Positions 18,272 through 25,425 of a DNA stretch of 32,000 nt are shown in pieces. Position 1 is the stretch's first letter. The number at the start of each line of letters is the position of its first letter. The position numbers and the translations under genes are program-made. The stretch comes from an unicellular cyanobacterium SU3. Its GTDB lineage: Bacteria; Cyanobacteriota; Cyanobacteriia; Cyanobacteriales; Microcystaceae. The DNA lies in NCBI GenBank assembly GCA_002172675.1, contig NETF01000173.1:65447-97446 (forward strand), in the 5' to 3' direction. Under the pieces are notes generated by a model. That model was not told where the DNA came from and searched no databases. It saw nothing but the letters and a program-made list of their open reading frames with translations.

Positions 18272-18292
18272 ACAGAGGCCAGCGGCCTCTGT
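18272..18292. terminator. Perfect 9-bp GC-rich stem-loop between convergent genes (possible bidirectional terminator)
   Basis: ACAGAGGCC (18272-18280), loop AGC, GGCCTCTGT (18284-18292). Neither side has a clear U-tract. Confidence 0.4.
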
Positions 18293-18304
18293 TCAATTAT
18301 GTTG

Positions 18305-18571
18305 CTATTGCTTACTTGAAGAATTAGAATAAGTCTTGAGAGGCTTTTTAGAAGGGGTTTCTAGGCTTTGGGGAGAAAGAGATAATCCTGTTTTAATAAT
18401 AGACTTAAGAACCGGTCGTCCGAATTTAACGGCTGCAGGTAGGGCAAGGGTTCCCAGCAAAATTGCACCTAAGCCTAACACGCCAGAAGAATCACCTTTT
18501 TGATGATGATCTTCGATGATCTCTTTAACGTGCAAGGTTAATACAGATTTATCCCAGTGTATCGGTGACAT
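18305..18571 (-). CDS. Small membrane-anchored protein, paralogue-like to the DUF5132-like ORF at 17881
   Basis: 88 aa, starting 17 nt after the ATPase stop (same operon). LGLGAILLGTLALPAAVKFGRPVLKSIIKTGLSL parallels IGLGALVVTPVVLPLLKPAAKATVKTGVILY of the 17881 ORF. Confidence 0.5.
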   Translation of the reverse strand: MSPIHWDKSVLTLHVKEIIEDHHQKGDSSGVLGLGAILLGTLALPAAVKFGRPVLKSIIKTGLSLSPQSLETPSKKPLKTYSNSSSKQ

Positions 18572-18588
18572 GATTTCGATCTCCTATG

Positions 18589-20754
18589 TTAGTTGTTTTC
18601 AAGTTTATGTTGAACGAGAGGACGTAAACTATTCAAACCCGCCACGATCGCAGTTCCGTTATGAACCAGGGTGGCTAACAACGGGTTCAGTCCCACCGTG
18701 GTGGCTAACCCCAAAGCAGCAATATTCGGGGCAACCACCATTAAGGTATTTTGGGTGATTAACTGTTTTGTTTGTTGGGCAATGGCAATGGCCTCTAATA
18801 AGTCTTTTAAGTCATTGTTCATTAACACCACATCGGCGGTTTCTCTGGCAATATCCGAACCGTTTTCAAAGGAAATGGACACATCTGCATAGGCTAAAGC
18901 CACAGAATCGTTGAGTCCATCCCCCACAAAAGCGACGGTTTTACCGCCATGGTGCAAGTTTTGGACAATTTTCGCCTTATCTTCGGGGAATGCCTCGGCA
19001 TGGACTTGAGAAGAGGGGATATTTAACTGTTTGGCTACCTCTGTCGCCCGTTTTTGCTGGTCTCCTGTGAGCAGATGCACTTCCATTCCATAGTCTCGTT
19101 GCAAGGAATGGATCAATTTGGCACTTTGGGGACGCAAGGGATCACTATAGTAAATGATTCCCTGAAACACACCATCGCAGGCGACATACACAGGGGACAA
19201 CCCTGCTGTTTCTTGTTGCTTTACTGTTTCAATAAGGGTTACTCCTTTACTAATCAATAACTTCTCACTCCCCACTAAAACCGTTTGTCCTTCGATGGTG
19301 GCTACCATGCCTAAGCCTACCTCATAGTCCCAAGCTTGACGAGGTAAGATGTCTATGTTTTTCTTGGTAGCATAATGGGTAATGGCTTCGGCGACGGGGT
19401 GAGTAATGCGTTGTTCGGCGGATGCAGCCAGTTGCAGGACTTTATATTCATCAAACCCTTGAGCAACGGTTTCTATCTGGACAACCTGGATGTTTCCTTG
19501 GGTTAAGGTTCCTGTTTTATCGAAGACAATGGTATCAATTTCTGATAATAGTTCTAAGGTGCGCCCACTACGGACTAAAATGCCATGACGGGTGGTATGA
19601 TTTAAGGCTCCTAAAAAGGCAGTGGGCATAGAAACTCGAATACCCGTGACAAAATCTAAGGTAAGAATAGAAGCCACTCGACTGGGATCTCTAGTAACTG
19701 TTAAAATAATGGCTGATAATAATAATGAAGGCATAATTAACTGTTCAGCTAAGTTCGCCGCATAGTTCGCCATTCGGGTGTCATGAACGGGAGCTTTTTT
19801 TAATAATTCAAAGCTGGCAGCCGCACGAGTATTATGTCCAATTCGCTCTGATTTAATGCGTATTTCTCCCGATCTAACTAAGGTTGAAGCATAAACATAA
19901 GTATTTTCTTCGGCCACAATAGGCATTGATTCACCGGTTAATTGTTGTTGATCAATGGTGGCATTTCCTTTAACCACAATGCCATCGACGGGTATTTTTT
20001 CCCCTGGGTAAACAACGACAATTTCTTCTCTTTCAACAGTATGACTTTCAATAGAAATAATGCTTCCATTTCGTTCTACCCAAGCAAAGTTGCCTATAGT
20101 ATCTAATAAATTGCTGGTTTTAGATTCAGTGGAGCGAGCAGTTTTTTCTCTAATAATATCTCCCAGTTCATGAAGGGTAATGACTAAAGAAGGGGTAACT
20201 ATTTTTCCTTGTAACCCACTAAATATCAAAGCTAACGTATCGATACAATCAATATTAAGTTTTTGCTGATTAACAACACTATTATAAGCCCTTTGTACCA
20301 CAGGAAAAGCAGCCCGAAGTAACATTAAAATAGCTATCAATCTTAAACCAGGTAGTTTTATCTTTAGGGAAGTTAAAGAGAAAAGTGTAGCTAACCCTGG
20401 ATAGGTTAGGCTTGACCATTCCTCTAGCTTTTTTTGGTTATTACTATCTTTTTTTTGGCGAAAACTGTTGGCAGTTTCTGCTTGGCTAATACTCAAGAGA
20501 ATCTGATGATTAATATTGAGTTTTTTCGTTGTTTCATAATGAATAATAACAGAAGCAGACCAACAATTTAAACGTACCTTTTTTATTCCCTCTACTGTGA
20601 TCAAATGTTCCTTAAGAAGCATAGCAAAGGATTGATCATAACTTAAACGATGCACGCGAATCCTTACCCTTCCAGGAACTTGATGAATTATAAAAGGTAG
20701 GGATTCGATTTTATTTTTCAACCTTGTATTTCCGAGGGGTTTACTCATTATCAT
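18589..20754 (-). CDS. P1B-like P-type ATPase with N-terminal HMA2-like domain, lacking any CPx/xPC motif
   Basis: Motifs present: LTGESMP (A-domain TGES), DKTGTLTQG (phosphorylation site), ITHPVAEAI (N-domain HP), LLTGD, GDGLNDSVALAYADVSISF (hinge). The M4 stretch before DKTGT reads LTLDFVTGIRVSMPTAF, where CopA-type pumps have CPCALGLATPTA. The N-terminal VPGRVRIRVHRL...VRLNCWSASVIIHYE has no CxxC. Confidence 0.9.
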   Translation of the reverse strand: MIMSKPLGNTRLKNKIESLPFIIHQVPGRVRIRVHRLSYDQSFAMLLKEHLITVEGIKKVRLNCWSASVIIHYETTKKLNINHQILLSISQAETANSFRQKKDSNNQKKLEEWSSLTYPGLATLFSLTSLKIKLPGLRLIAILMLLRAAFPVVQRAYNSVVNQQKLNIDCIDTLALIFSGLQGKIVTPSLVITLHELGDIIREKTARSTESKTSNLLDTIGNFAWVERNGSIISIESHTVEREEIVVVYPGEKIPVDGIVVKGNATIDQQQLTGESMPIVAEENTYVYASTLVRSGEIRIKSERIGHNTRAAASFELLKKAPVHDTRMANYAANLAEQLIMPSLLLSAIILTVTRDPSRVASILTLDFVTGIRVSMPTAFLGALNHTTRHGILVRSGRTLELLSEIDTIVFDKTGTLTQGNIQVVQIETVAQGFDEYKVLQLAASAEQRITHPVAEAITHYATKKNIDILPRQAWDYEVGLGMVATIEGQTVLVGSEKLLISKGVTLIETVKQQETAGLSPVYVACDGVFQGIIYYSDPLRPQSAKLIHSLQRDYGMEVHLLTGDQQKRATEVAKQLNIPSSQVHAEAFPEDKAKIVQNLHHGGKTVAFVGDGLNDSVALAYADVSISFENGSDIARETADVVLMNNDLKDLLEAIAIAQQTKQLITQNTLMVVAPNIAALGLATTVGLNPLLATLVHNGTAIVAGLNSLRPLVQHKLENN

Positions 20755-20782
20755 TTTATTCTTTTAATGATTGATAATCATC

Positions 20783-21379
20783 CTAACTCATGCTAGTAAC
20801 GGTTTCAGTTCCTTTAGCTTGATTCAAGATACTAAGTAGTCGTAACCCAAGCTCCATATCAGATACGCCTTCCCCATCATAATTAATGATCACTGAGGCA
20901 GCAGAGCGGTTTACACGAACTTTAATAACACAATCATCATTGTTTAATAACTGTTGTAATCGTTGAACAAACTCTGGGTCTTCTGCTAATTGAGGAATTT
21001 TAATACGAATCCGCCCAGGGACAGAATGAACAATTTGATATTCACTTTCAGCTTCATCATTGGCGTTTTTTACGCCCTTATTTTGTTGGGTATTTTGTGT
21101 TAATGGGGGTTGATTTTTGATAGTCGCAAAAACTTGTCGACACAGACTAGCTACCGCTAAATTAACCAGTAACGCATTCGCCCCACGGAGTTGAAAGCGG
21201 CTGGTAACAAACACCCCAATTAGAACAGGAACAACCATTTCAATTTCGTTATGCTGTCTTAAATAGTTAACTAATTGTTCCTCGGTTTCCCCAATTTGTT
21301 CGCCGATGGTTTTATTATAGTCTTGCTCTTTAGCTACGGCTCCTAAAACATTATCTATCATGGGAGTTTCTCCTATCAA
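20783..21379 (-). CDS. HMA2-like domain protein (hydrophobic N-terminal half + C-terminal cysteine-free HMA-like domain)
   Basis: The C-terminus VHSVPGRIRIKIPQLAEDPEFVQRLQQLLNNDDCVIKVRVNRSAASVIINYD parallels the ATPase N-terminus (VPGRVRIRVHRL...VRLNCWSASVIIHYE). The stop lies 28 nt before the ATPase start. The alternative start at 21361 (MIDNVLG) cannot be excluded. Confidence 0.65.
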   Translation of the reverse strand: MIGETPMIDNVLGAVAKEQDYNKTIGEQIGETEEQLVNYLRQHNEIEMVVPVLIGVFVTSRFQLRGANALLVNLAVASLCRQVFATIKNQPPLTQNTQQNKGVKNANDEAESEYQIVHSVPGRIRIKIPQLAEDPEFVQRLQQLLNNDDCVIKVRVNRSAASVIINYDGEGVSDMELGLRLLSILNQAKGTETVTSMS

Positions 21380-21497
21380 TTCAGTTATGTTGTGAGATAA
21401 TCTAATCTCCGCTCTATCCTTATTCTTAAAGCAGTTAAAAATAGAGCTTTCTACTTTAATTATAAAGGATAATTCAATACCATTGATTAATAGTTAA

Positions 21498-21512
21498 TCA
21501 TAATTATTCTCA
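21498..21512. promoter_or_regulatory. Fur-box-like 7-1-7 motif (copy A)
   Basis: TCATAATTATTCTCA matches the classical 7-1-7 Fur consensus TGATAATNATTATCA at 12/14 specified positions. It sits between the divergent HMA2/ATPase operon and the rhodanese gene. Confidence 0.3.
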
Positions 21513-21578
21513 ATAATATTTGATGATGACTTTCAAGAGTTGAGAAGCGATCGCCACTATTCTTTACCATCTCTTAAC
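21501..21578. repeat. 78-nt conserved intergenic element, copy A
   Basis: taattattctcaataatatttgatgatgactttcaagagttgagaagcgatcgccactattctttaccatctcttaac. It matches 24653-24730 at 72/78, ungapped and in the same orientation. Confidence 0.85.
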
Positions 21579-21696
21579 TTTACCCTTTTACCTTTTTCCT
21601 AGCAGCATAGTGTTTGTCAATCTTTTATAACAAAATTTTACAAACTGTTAATATTCTGTTACATTAGAAAAGTAGCAACTTCACACAAAAGTTTTT

Positions 21697-22056
21697 ATGA
21701 TTATTATTCCAGAACCCCTTAAAAGCAAATCAGAAGTATCCGATCTCAAAAAACGCCTTGACTGGGGTGAGCCAGCTTTAACCATTATTGATGTTAGAGA
21801 TAGAGAAGCTTTTAATAATAGTCATATCACTGGGGCTGTTTCTCTTCCTATGGATGAGTTAGTCAATAGAGCCTTAAATAATTTTGAACTCATTCGTGAC
21901 ATTTATGTTTATGGCGCAACAGAAAAGGAAACCGCTTTAGCTGTTACCAAACTTCGCCTTGCTGGATATAAAAACGTTGCTGAGTTAGTTGGTGGTTTAA
22001 AAGCTTGGAAATCTGCAGGTTATCCTGTTGAAGGACAATCTCTAACCCTTGCGTAA
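21697..22056 (+). CDS. Rhodanese-homology domain protein without catalytic cysteine
   Basis: LTIIDVRDREAFNNSHITGAVSLP and GGLKAWKSAGYPVE are rhodanese-fold motifs. The active-site loop position reads IYVYGATEKETA, and the 119-aa protein contains no Cys at all. Confidence 0.8.
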   Translation: MIIIPEPLKSKSEVSDLKKRLDWGEPALTIIDVRDREAFNNSHITGAVSLPMDELVNRALNNFELIRDIYVYGATEKETALAVTKLRLAGYKNVAELVGGLKAWKSAGYPVEGQSLTLA

Positions 22057-22083
22057 CCGTCGAAAAGTCTATGCCTTATGACG

Positions 22084-22115
22084 AGGGTAGGGAGTAAGTT
22101 ATCCTTACCCTTTTT
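22084..22115 (+). terminator. Weak rho-independent terminator candidate after the rhodanese gene
   Basis: GTAAG (22094-22098) / CTTAC (22104-22108) with flanking G:C and G:U pairs, followed by T5 (22111-22115). Confidence 0.35.
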
Positions 22116-22120
22116 AGTAG

Positions 22121-24127
22121 TTAAAAATTACTGAGCAAGTTAGCCCCTTGATAAAAAATAAAACTAACCACCCAAGCCAACACCAAACCATAAACCACAG
22201 AGAAAAAGGTAAAACTAACACTTTTAGCTTCACTGCGAATGGTGGCTAAAGTTGCCACACAGGGACTATAAAGCAAACAAAACAACATGAAACTATAGGC
22301 TTGAATAGGTGAAATAGTTTGAGCAATAGTAGCTTGAATGGCACTCGGATCAGATAAGCTGTAAATGGTTGCTAAAGATCCCACCACAATCTCTTTAGCA
22401 ATAAAGCCGAAAATTAAAGCAATAGTCAATTCTTCAGGAATGCCAATGGGATCGAGAACTGGAGCGAAAAACTCCCCTAAACGCACCGCATAACTTTGAT
22501 CTCCAGTACCTGGTAAGTTGGTTAACAATAAAACCGCTAAAACCCCAACAACGATCCAAACCCCGGCTTGTTGGAGAAACGCTTTAACCGCATCGCCTCC
22601 TGTCACCATCCCAAAAATTACGGGAACCCCTACCGCTAAGGTTAACCCTGTGCTACCAATGGGGTTGGCCGTTCCTTGGGGTAAGTTAGACATTAACCAA
22701 ACCCCCACAACTCCGGCTGTAATAAACCCAGTAGCCCGACGTAAAAACACTCTTAACTCTCCCCAACCTCTCAACCAGATTTGTTTTAAGGTAGGAAAGC
22801 GATAAGGAGGTAACTCGATAACAAAGGGTTCTTTGCTGGCAAACTGTCCTTTCATTAAAAAGCCTGTGACGAATGCCACTAAAAAGCTGACGATGTAGAG
22901 AGAGAGTAACACCAACGGCCCCCAGGTGCGATCAAATAAGGCATCGATGATAAAAACAAACACCGTTAACCGTGCTGAACACAGGGCAAAAGGCATGATT
23001 AAAATGGTTAAAAAACGCAAAGATCGCGATCGCATTACCCTTGCACCCATAACAGCAGGAATATTACAACCAAAGCCCATAATTAATAGGACAAAACTGC
23101 GACCATCTAACCCTAAACGGTACATGATCGAGTCCATCATATAAGCCGCACGGGAAAAGTAGCCACTGTCTTCAATAATGGCCATCATAAAGAAAAACAC
23201 CACCACCAAGGGAACGAAAGAAATAACGGTGGCTAACCCTCCATAGAGTCCGTCAACAATAAATCCTCGTAAAAAATCGGGTAATCCTGCGGTCAAGGGG
23301 TCAATCGCTATTGTTTGAAACCACGTGGTCAAAGCATCAGCAACATCTTGAGAGGGTAGCCCCACCTCCCAGACAAACTGAAACATGAGGTAAATGGTTA
23401 GGAAAAATAGGGGTAAACCGATAATAGGATGCAATAATAAGCTATCAAGACGTTGGGTAAAGGTTCGATACATTTGAGAGGGCATTTCAACGGTTTCGTT
23501 TAACACCTCTGCAATCACTGAGGAAGGAATTTGTTCATGGGCTTCTATTTTTAACGTCAAGTCTTCGGGAGACGTAACCCTTTGACTTTGGCGTAAGACA
23601 TGACTAATCTTGTGCTTCGCTTGCACAATGCCTCGGTTATATTTGGCACTGACTAAGGCGACTGGCATCCCTAGCTTTTCTTCAAGTTTCTCAGCATCGA
23701 TTTTGATGTTGAAATGGTCTGCTTCGTCTGCCATATTGAGAACTAACATTCCCGGTATGCCCAACGCTTTCACCTGTAGGGCTAATCGAATCTGGCGATC
23801 GATCTGTCCTGCATTCAACACCACTAAGACCAGGTTAACCGGAAAGCGTTCAAAAAAACCTTGTACCACTCGTTCATCTTCCGAGTAGCCTTCTAAATCA
23901 TAAATTCCCGGTAAGTCCACAAACTCAACGGTTTCCCCGTTAAGCTCAACCTCTGCTTCTAATAAGTCCACTGTTACCCCTGGCCAGTTCCCCACAAACG
24001 CACTGGCTCCGGTAATCTGGTTAAATAGGGTCGATTTCCCCACATTGGGCATCCCCATGACACTAACGCGCTTGGTGGTTAGTTCTGAGGATAGGGTTGT
24101 TCCCCCTGGGCTATGACAATGGGTCAT
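22121..24127 (-). CDS. feoB: Ferrous iron transporter FeoB
   Basis: N-terminal G-domain: G1 GMPNVGKSTLFN, G3 DLPG, G4 NMAD. It is followed by a large polytopic permease domain. The gene lies directly downstream of feoA. Confidence 0.95.
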   Translation of the reverse strand: MTHCHSPGGTTLSSELTTKRVSVMGMPNVGKSTLFNQITGASAFVGNWPGVTVDLLEAEVELNGETVEFVDLPGIYDLEGYSEDERVVQGFFERFPVNLVLVVLNAGQIDRQIRLALQVKALGIPGMLVLNMADEADHFNIKIDAEKLEEKLGMPVALVSAKYNRGIVQAKHKISHVLRQSQRVTSPEDLTLKIEAHEQIPSSVIAEVLNETVEMPSQMYRTFTQRLDSLLLHPIIGLPLFFLTIYLMFQFVWEVGLPSQDVADALTTWFQTIAIDPLTAGLPDFLRGFIVDGLYGGLATVISFVPLVVVFFFMMAIIEDSGYFSRAAYMMDSIMYRLGLDGRSFVLLIMGFGCNIPAVMGARVMRSRSLRFLTILIMPFALCSARLTVFVFIIDALFDRTWGPLVLLSLYIVSFLVAFVTGFLMKGQFASKEPFVIELPPYRFPTLKQIWLRGWGELRVFLRRATGFITAGVVGVWLMSNLPQGTANPIGSTGLTLAVGVPVIFGMVTGGDAVKAFLQQAGVWIVVGVLAVLLLTNLPGTGDQSYAVRLGEFFAPVLDPIGIPEELTIALIFGFIAKEIVVGSLATIYSLSDPSAIQATIAQTISPIQAYSFMLFCLLYSPCVATLATIRSEAKSVSFTFFSVVYGLVLAWVVSFIFYQGANLLSNF

Positions 24128-24148
24128 TGACTTGTTCCTCCTCTAGAA

Positions 24149-24385
24149 TTAGTTAACATTGGGTTCTATTTCTATGCCTTCTGCTTCATGCCGTCGCATG
24201 GCAACTTCTGTGGTCATGCCTACACGCACATGAAGGGGCCCATTCCACCAAGCTTTACGTAACAGTTTGACTTCTTGCCCGGCAGTGAAACCCATTGCTT
24301 CTAGGCGACGGGATAATCCAGGATCATCGGTATTGAGGGTACGAATAATTCCTGAATGTCCTGGTTTGAGGTTTAATAATTTCAT
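24149..24385 (-). CDS. feoA: FeoA-family protein
   Basis: 78 aa. LKPGHSGIIRTL...RRLEAMGFTAGQEVKLLRKA..GPLHVRV is SH3-like FeoA. It ends 21 nt upstream of feoB. Confidence 0.9.
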   Translation of the reverse strand: MKLLNLKPGHSGIIRTLNTDDPGLSRRLEAMGFTAGQEVKLLRKAWWNGPLHVRVGMTTEVAMRRHEAEGIEIEPNVN

Positions 24386-24649
24386 GGTGAATTCTCAAAA
24401 ATTGACACAGTATTAATCAATAATTTCTTTCATTAACTGAGTTTAATGAGGTCGAATCATCAACGTTTTTCTCAATCTTGAGAAAAGCATTATTTAGTAA
24501 TCAATTGTTTGACAGAGAAAACTCGAATTAAACAACGTAAATATTGTTTAATTTATTTCAAATAGCGATGTCCGCAGTCTTAAACTCACTATCTTTGCAG
24601 AGGCTTGAGGATAGTCAGCCCCATAGATTAATTGTTGTCCTGAAGCTAA

Positions 24650-24664
24650 TAATAACTATTCTCA
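24650..24664. promoter_or_regulatory. Fur-box-like 7-1-7 motif (copy B)
   Basis: TAATAACTATTCTCA matches TGATAATNATTATCA at 11/14. It lies ~265 nt upstream of the feoA start, in a 528-bp intergenic region. Confidence 0.3.
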
Positions 24665-24730
24665 ATAATATTTTATAATGACTTTCAAGAGTTGAGAAGC
24701 GATCGCCACGATTCTTTACTATCTCTTAAT
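24653..24730. repeat. 78-nt conserved intergenic element, copy B
   Basis: taactattctcaataatattttataatgactttcaagagttgagaagcgatcgccacgattctttactatctcttaat. It matches 21501-21578 at 72/78. Confidence 0.85.
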
Positions 24731-24913
24731 ATAAAAATTTTTACTTCTCTGCTATGTCTTCATTCTATTGTCTTTAACATTAGTTTACATAAGTGATTAA
24801 AGCAATTATTTCTTAAAATTTTGTTAGCAAATATGGGTCAACTCTGAAAGCTACACTAGAGTTAACAGAACCAAGAAAGATTCGGTAAAAAATAGTAACT
24901 TTTTATACCAAAA

Positions 24914-25414
24914 ATGAAGCGTTTAACTCATATATGCTTAGGGATTTCTTTATTTTTAATTCCCTTCATTCCTCGACCCGTTTTAAGTGCAGAAACCCTC
25001 TATTTTATTTACGGTCCGTTAAAATTACCGTTATCAGTTGATTCTCTAGAAATTTATGCAGAAGAAGGTAGAATTACTAAAGAATTTGCTTTTTTTGCCA
25101 GTCAGTTTGACGAACAAAGCCTATTGGAGTTACGAGAAACTTTACAAAAACGTCACAAAATAGACGGAGTGAGGTTTTCTCGCTTATTACGAACTCCATT
25201 AATGGAAGACTTATTAAAAAGTATGGGAGAAGTGTTTAGCACCCATCCTGGATCTAATGGATTTTATGCCATTCGAGGGGCTTTAATTTCGGCAGCCCTT
25301 CATCAAGAGGAAGACGGATGGACAGCAATCGATATTATGCGACACTTTCCCACGGAAGGCATTTCAATTGATACCAAACTTGCCACAACAATGTTAAAAG
25401 ATAGTAATTTTTAA
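24914..25414 (+). CDS. DUF1400 domain protein with signal peptide
   Basis: Signal-like N-terminus MKRLTHICLGISLFLIPFIPRPVLSA. AETLYFIYGPLKLPLSVDSLEIYAEEGRITKEFAFFA...LRETLQKR... matches the DUF1400 pattern I recall (A.ri.f.YgpLe.sl.v.sLe.fAk.G.i...L). Confidence 0.7.
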   Translation: MKRLTHICLGISLFLIPFIPRPVLSAETLYFIYGPLKLPLSVDSLEIYAEEGRITKEFAFFASQFDEQSLLELRETLQKRHKIDGVRFSRLLRTPLMEDLLKSMGEVFSTHPGSNGFYAIRGALISAALHQEEDGWTAIDIMRHFPTEGISIDTKLATTMLKDSNF

Positions 25415-25425
25415 GAAAGATTATC

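Noticed and set aside
18516-19631. Plus-strand ORFs inside the small-protein and ATPase genes (18516-18758, 18671-18892, 19054-19260, 19422-19631)
   Set aside because: They are antisense to a P-type ATPase gene with all canonical motifs, and the translations are featureless.
21483-21566. 27-aa minus-strand ORF running through copy A of the 78-nt element (MVKNSGDRFSTLESHHQILLRIIMINY)
   Set aside because: In copy B the ATG is ATA, and four of the five substitutions within the aligned frame change the amino acid. The conservation is therefore at the nucleotide level, not the protein level.
22518-23888. Plus-strand ORFs inside feoB (22518-22805, 22926-23144, 23610-23888)
   Set aside because: They are antisense shadows of feoB.
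24561-24674. 37-aa plus-strand ORF upstream of and into copy B (MSAVLNSLSLQRLEDSQPHRLIVVLKLIITILNNIL)
   Set aside because: The corresponding frame in copy A is closed by a TAG just upstream of the shared sequence, so it is not conserved.
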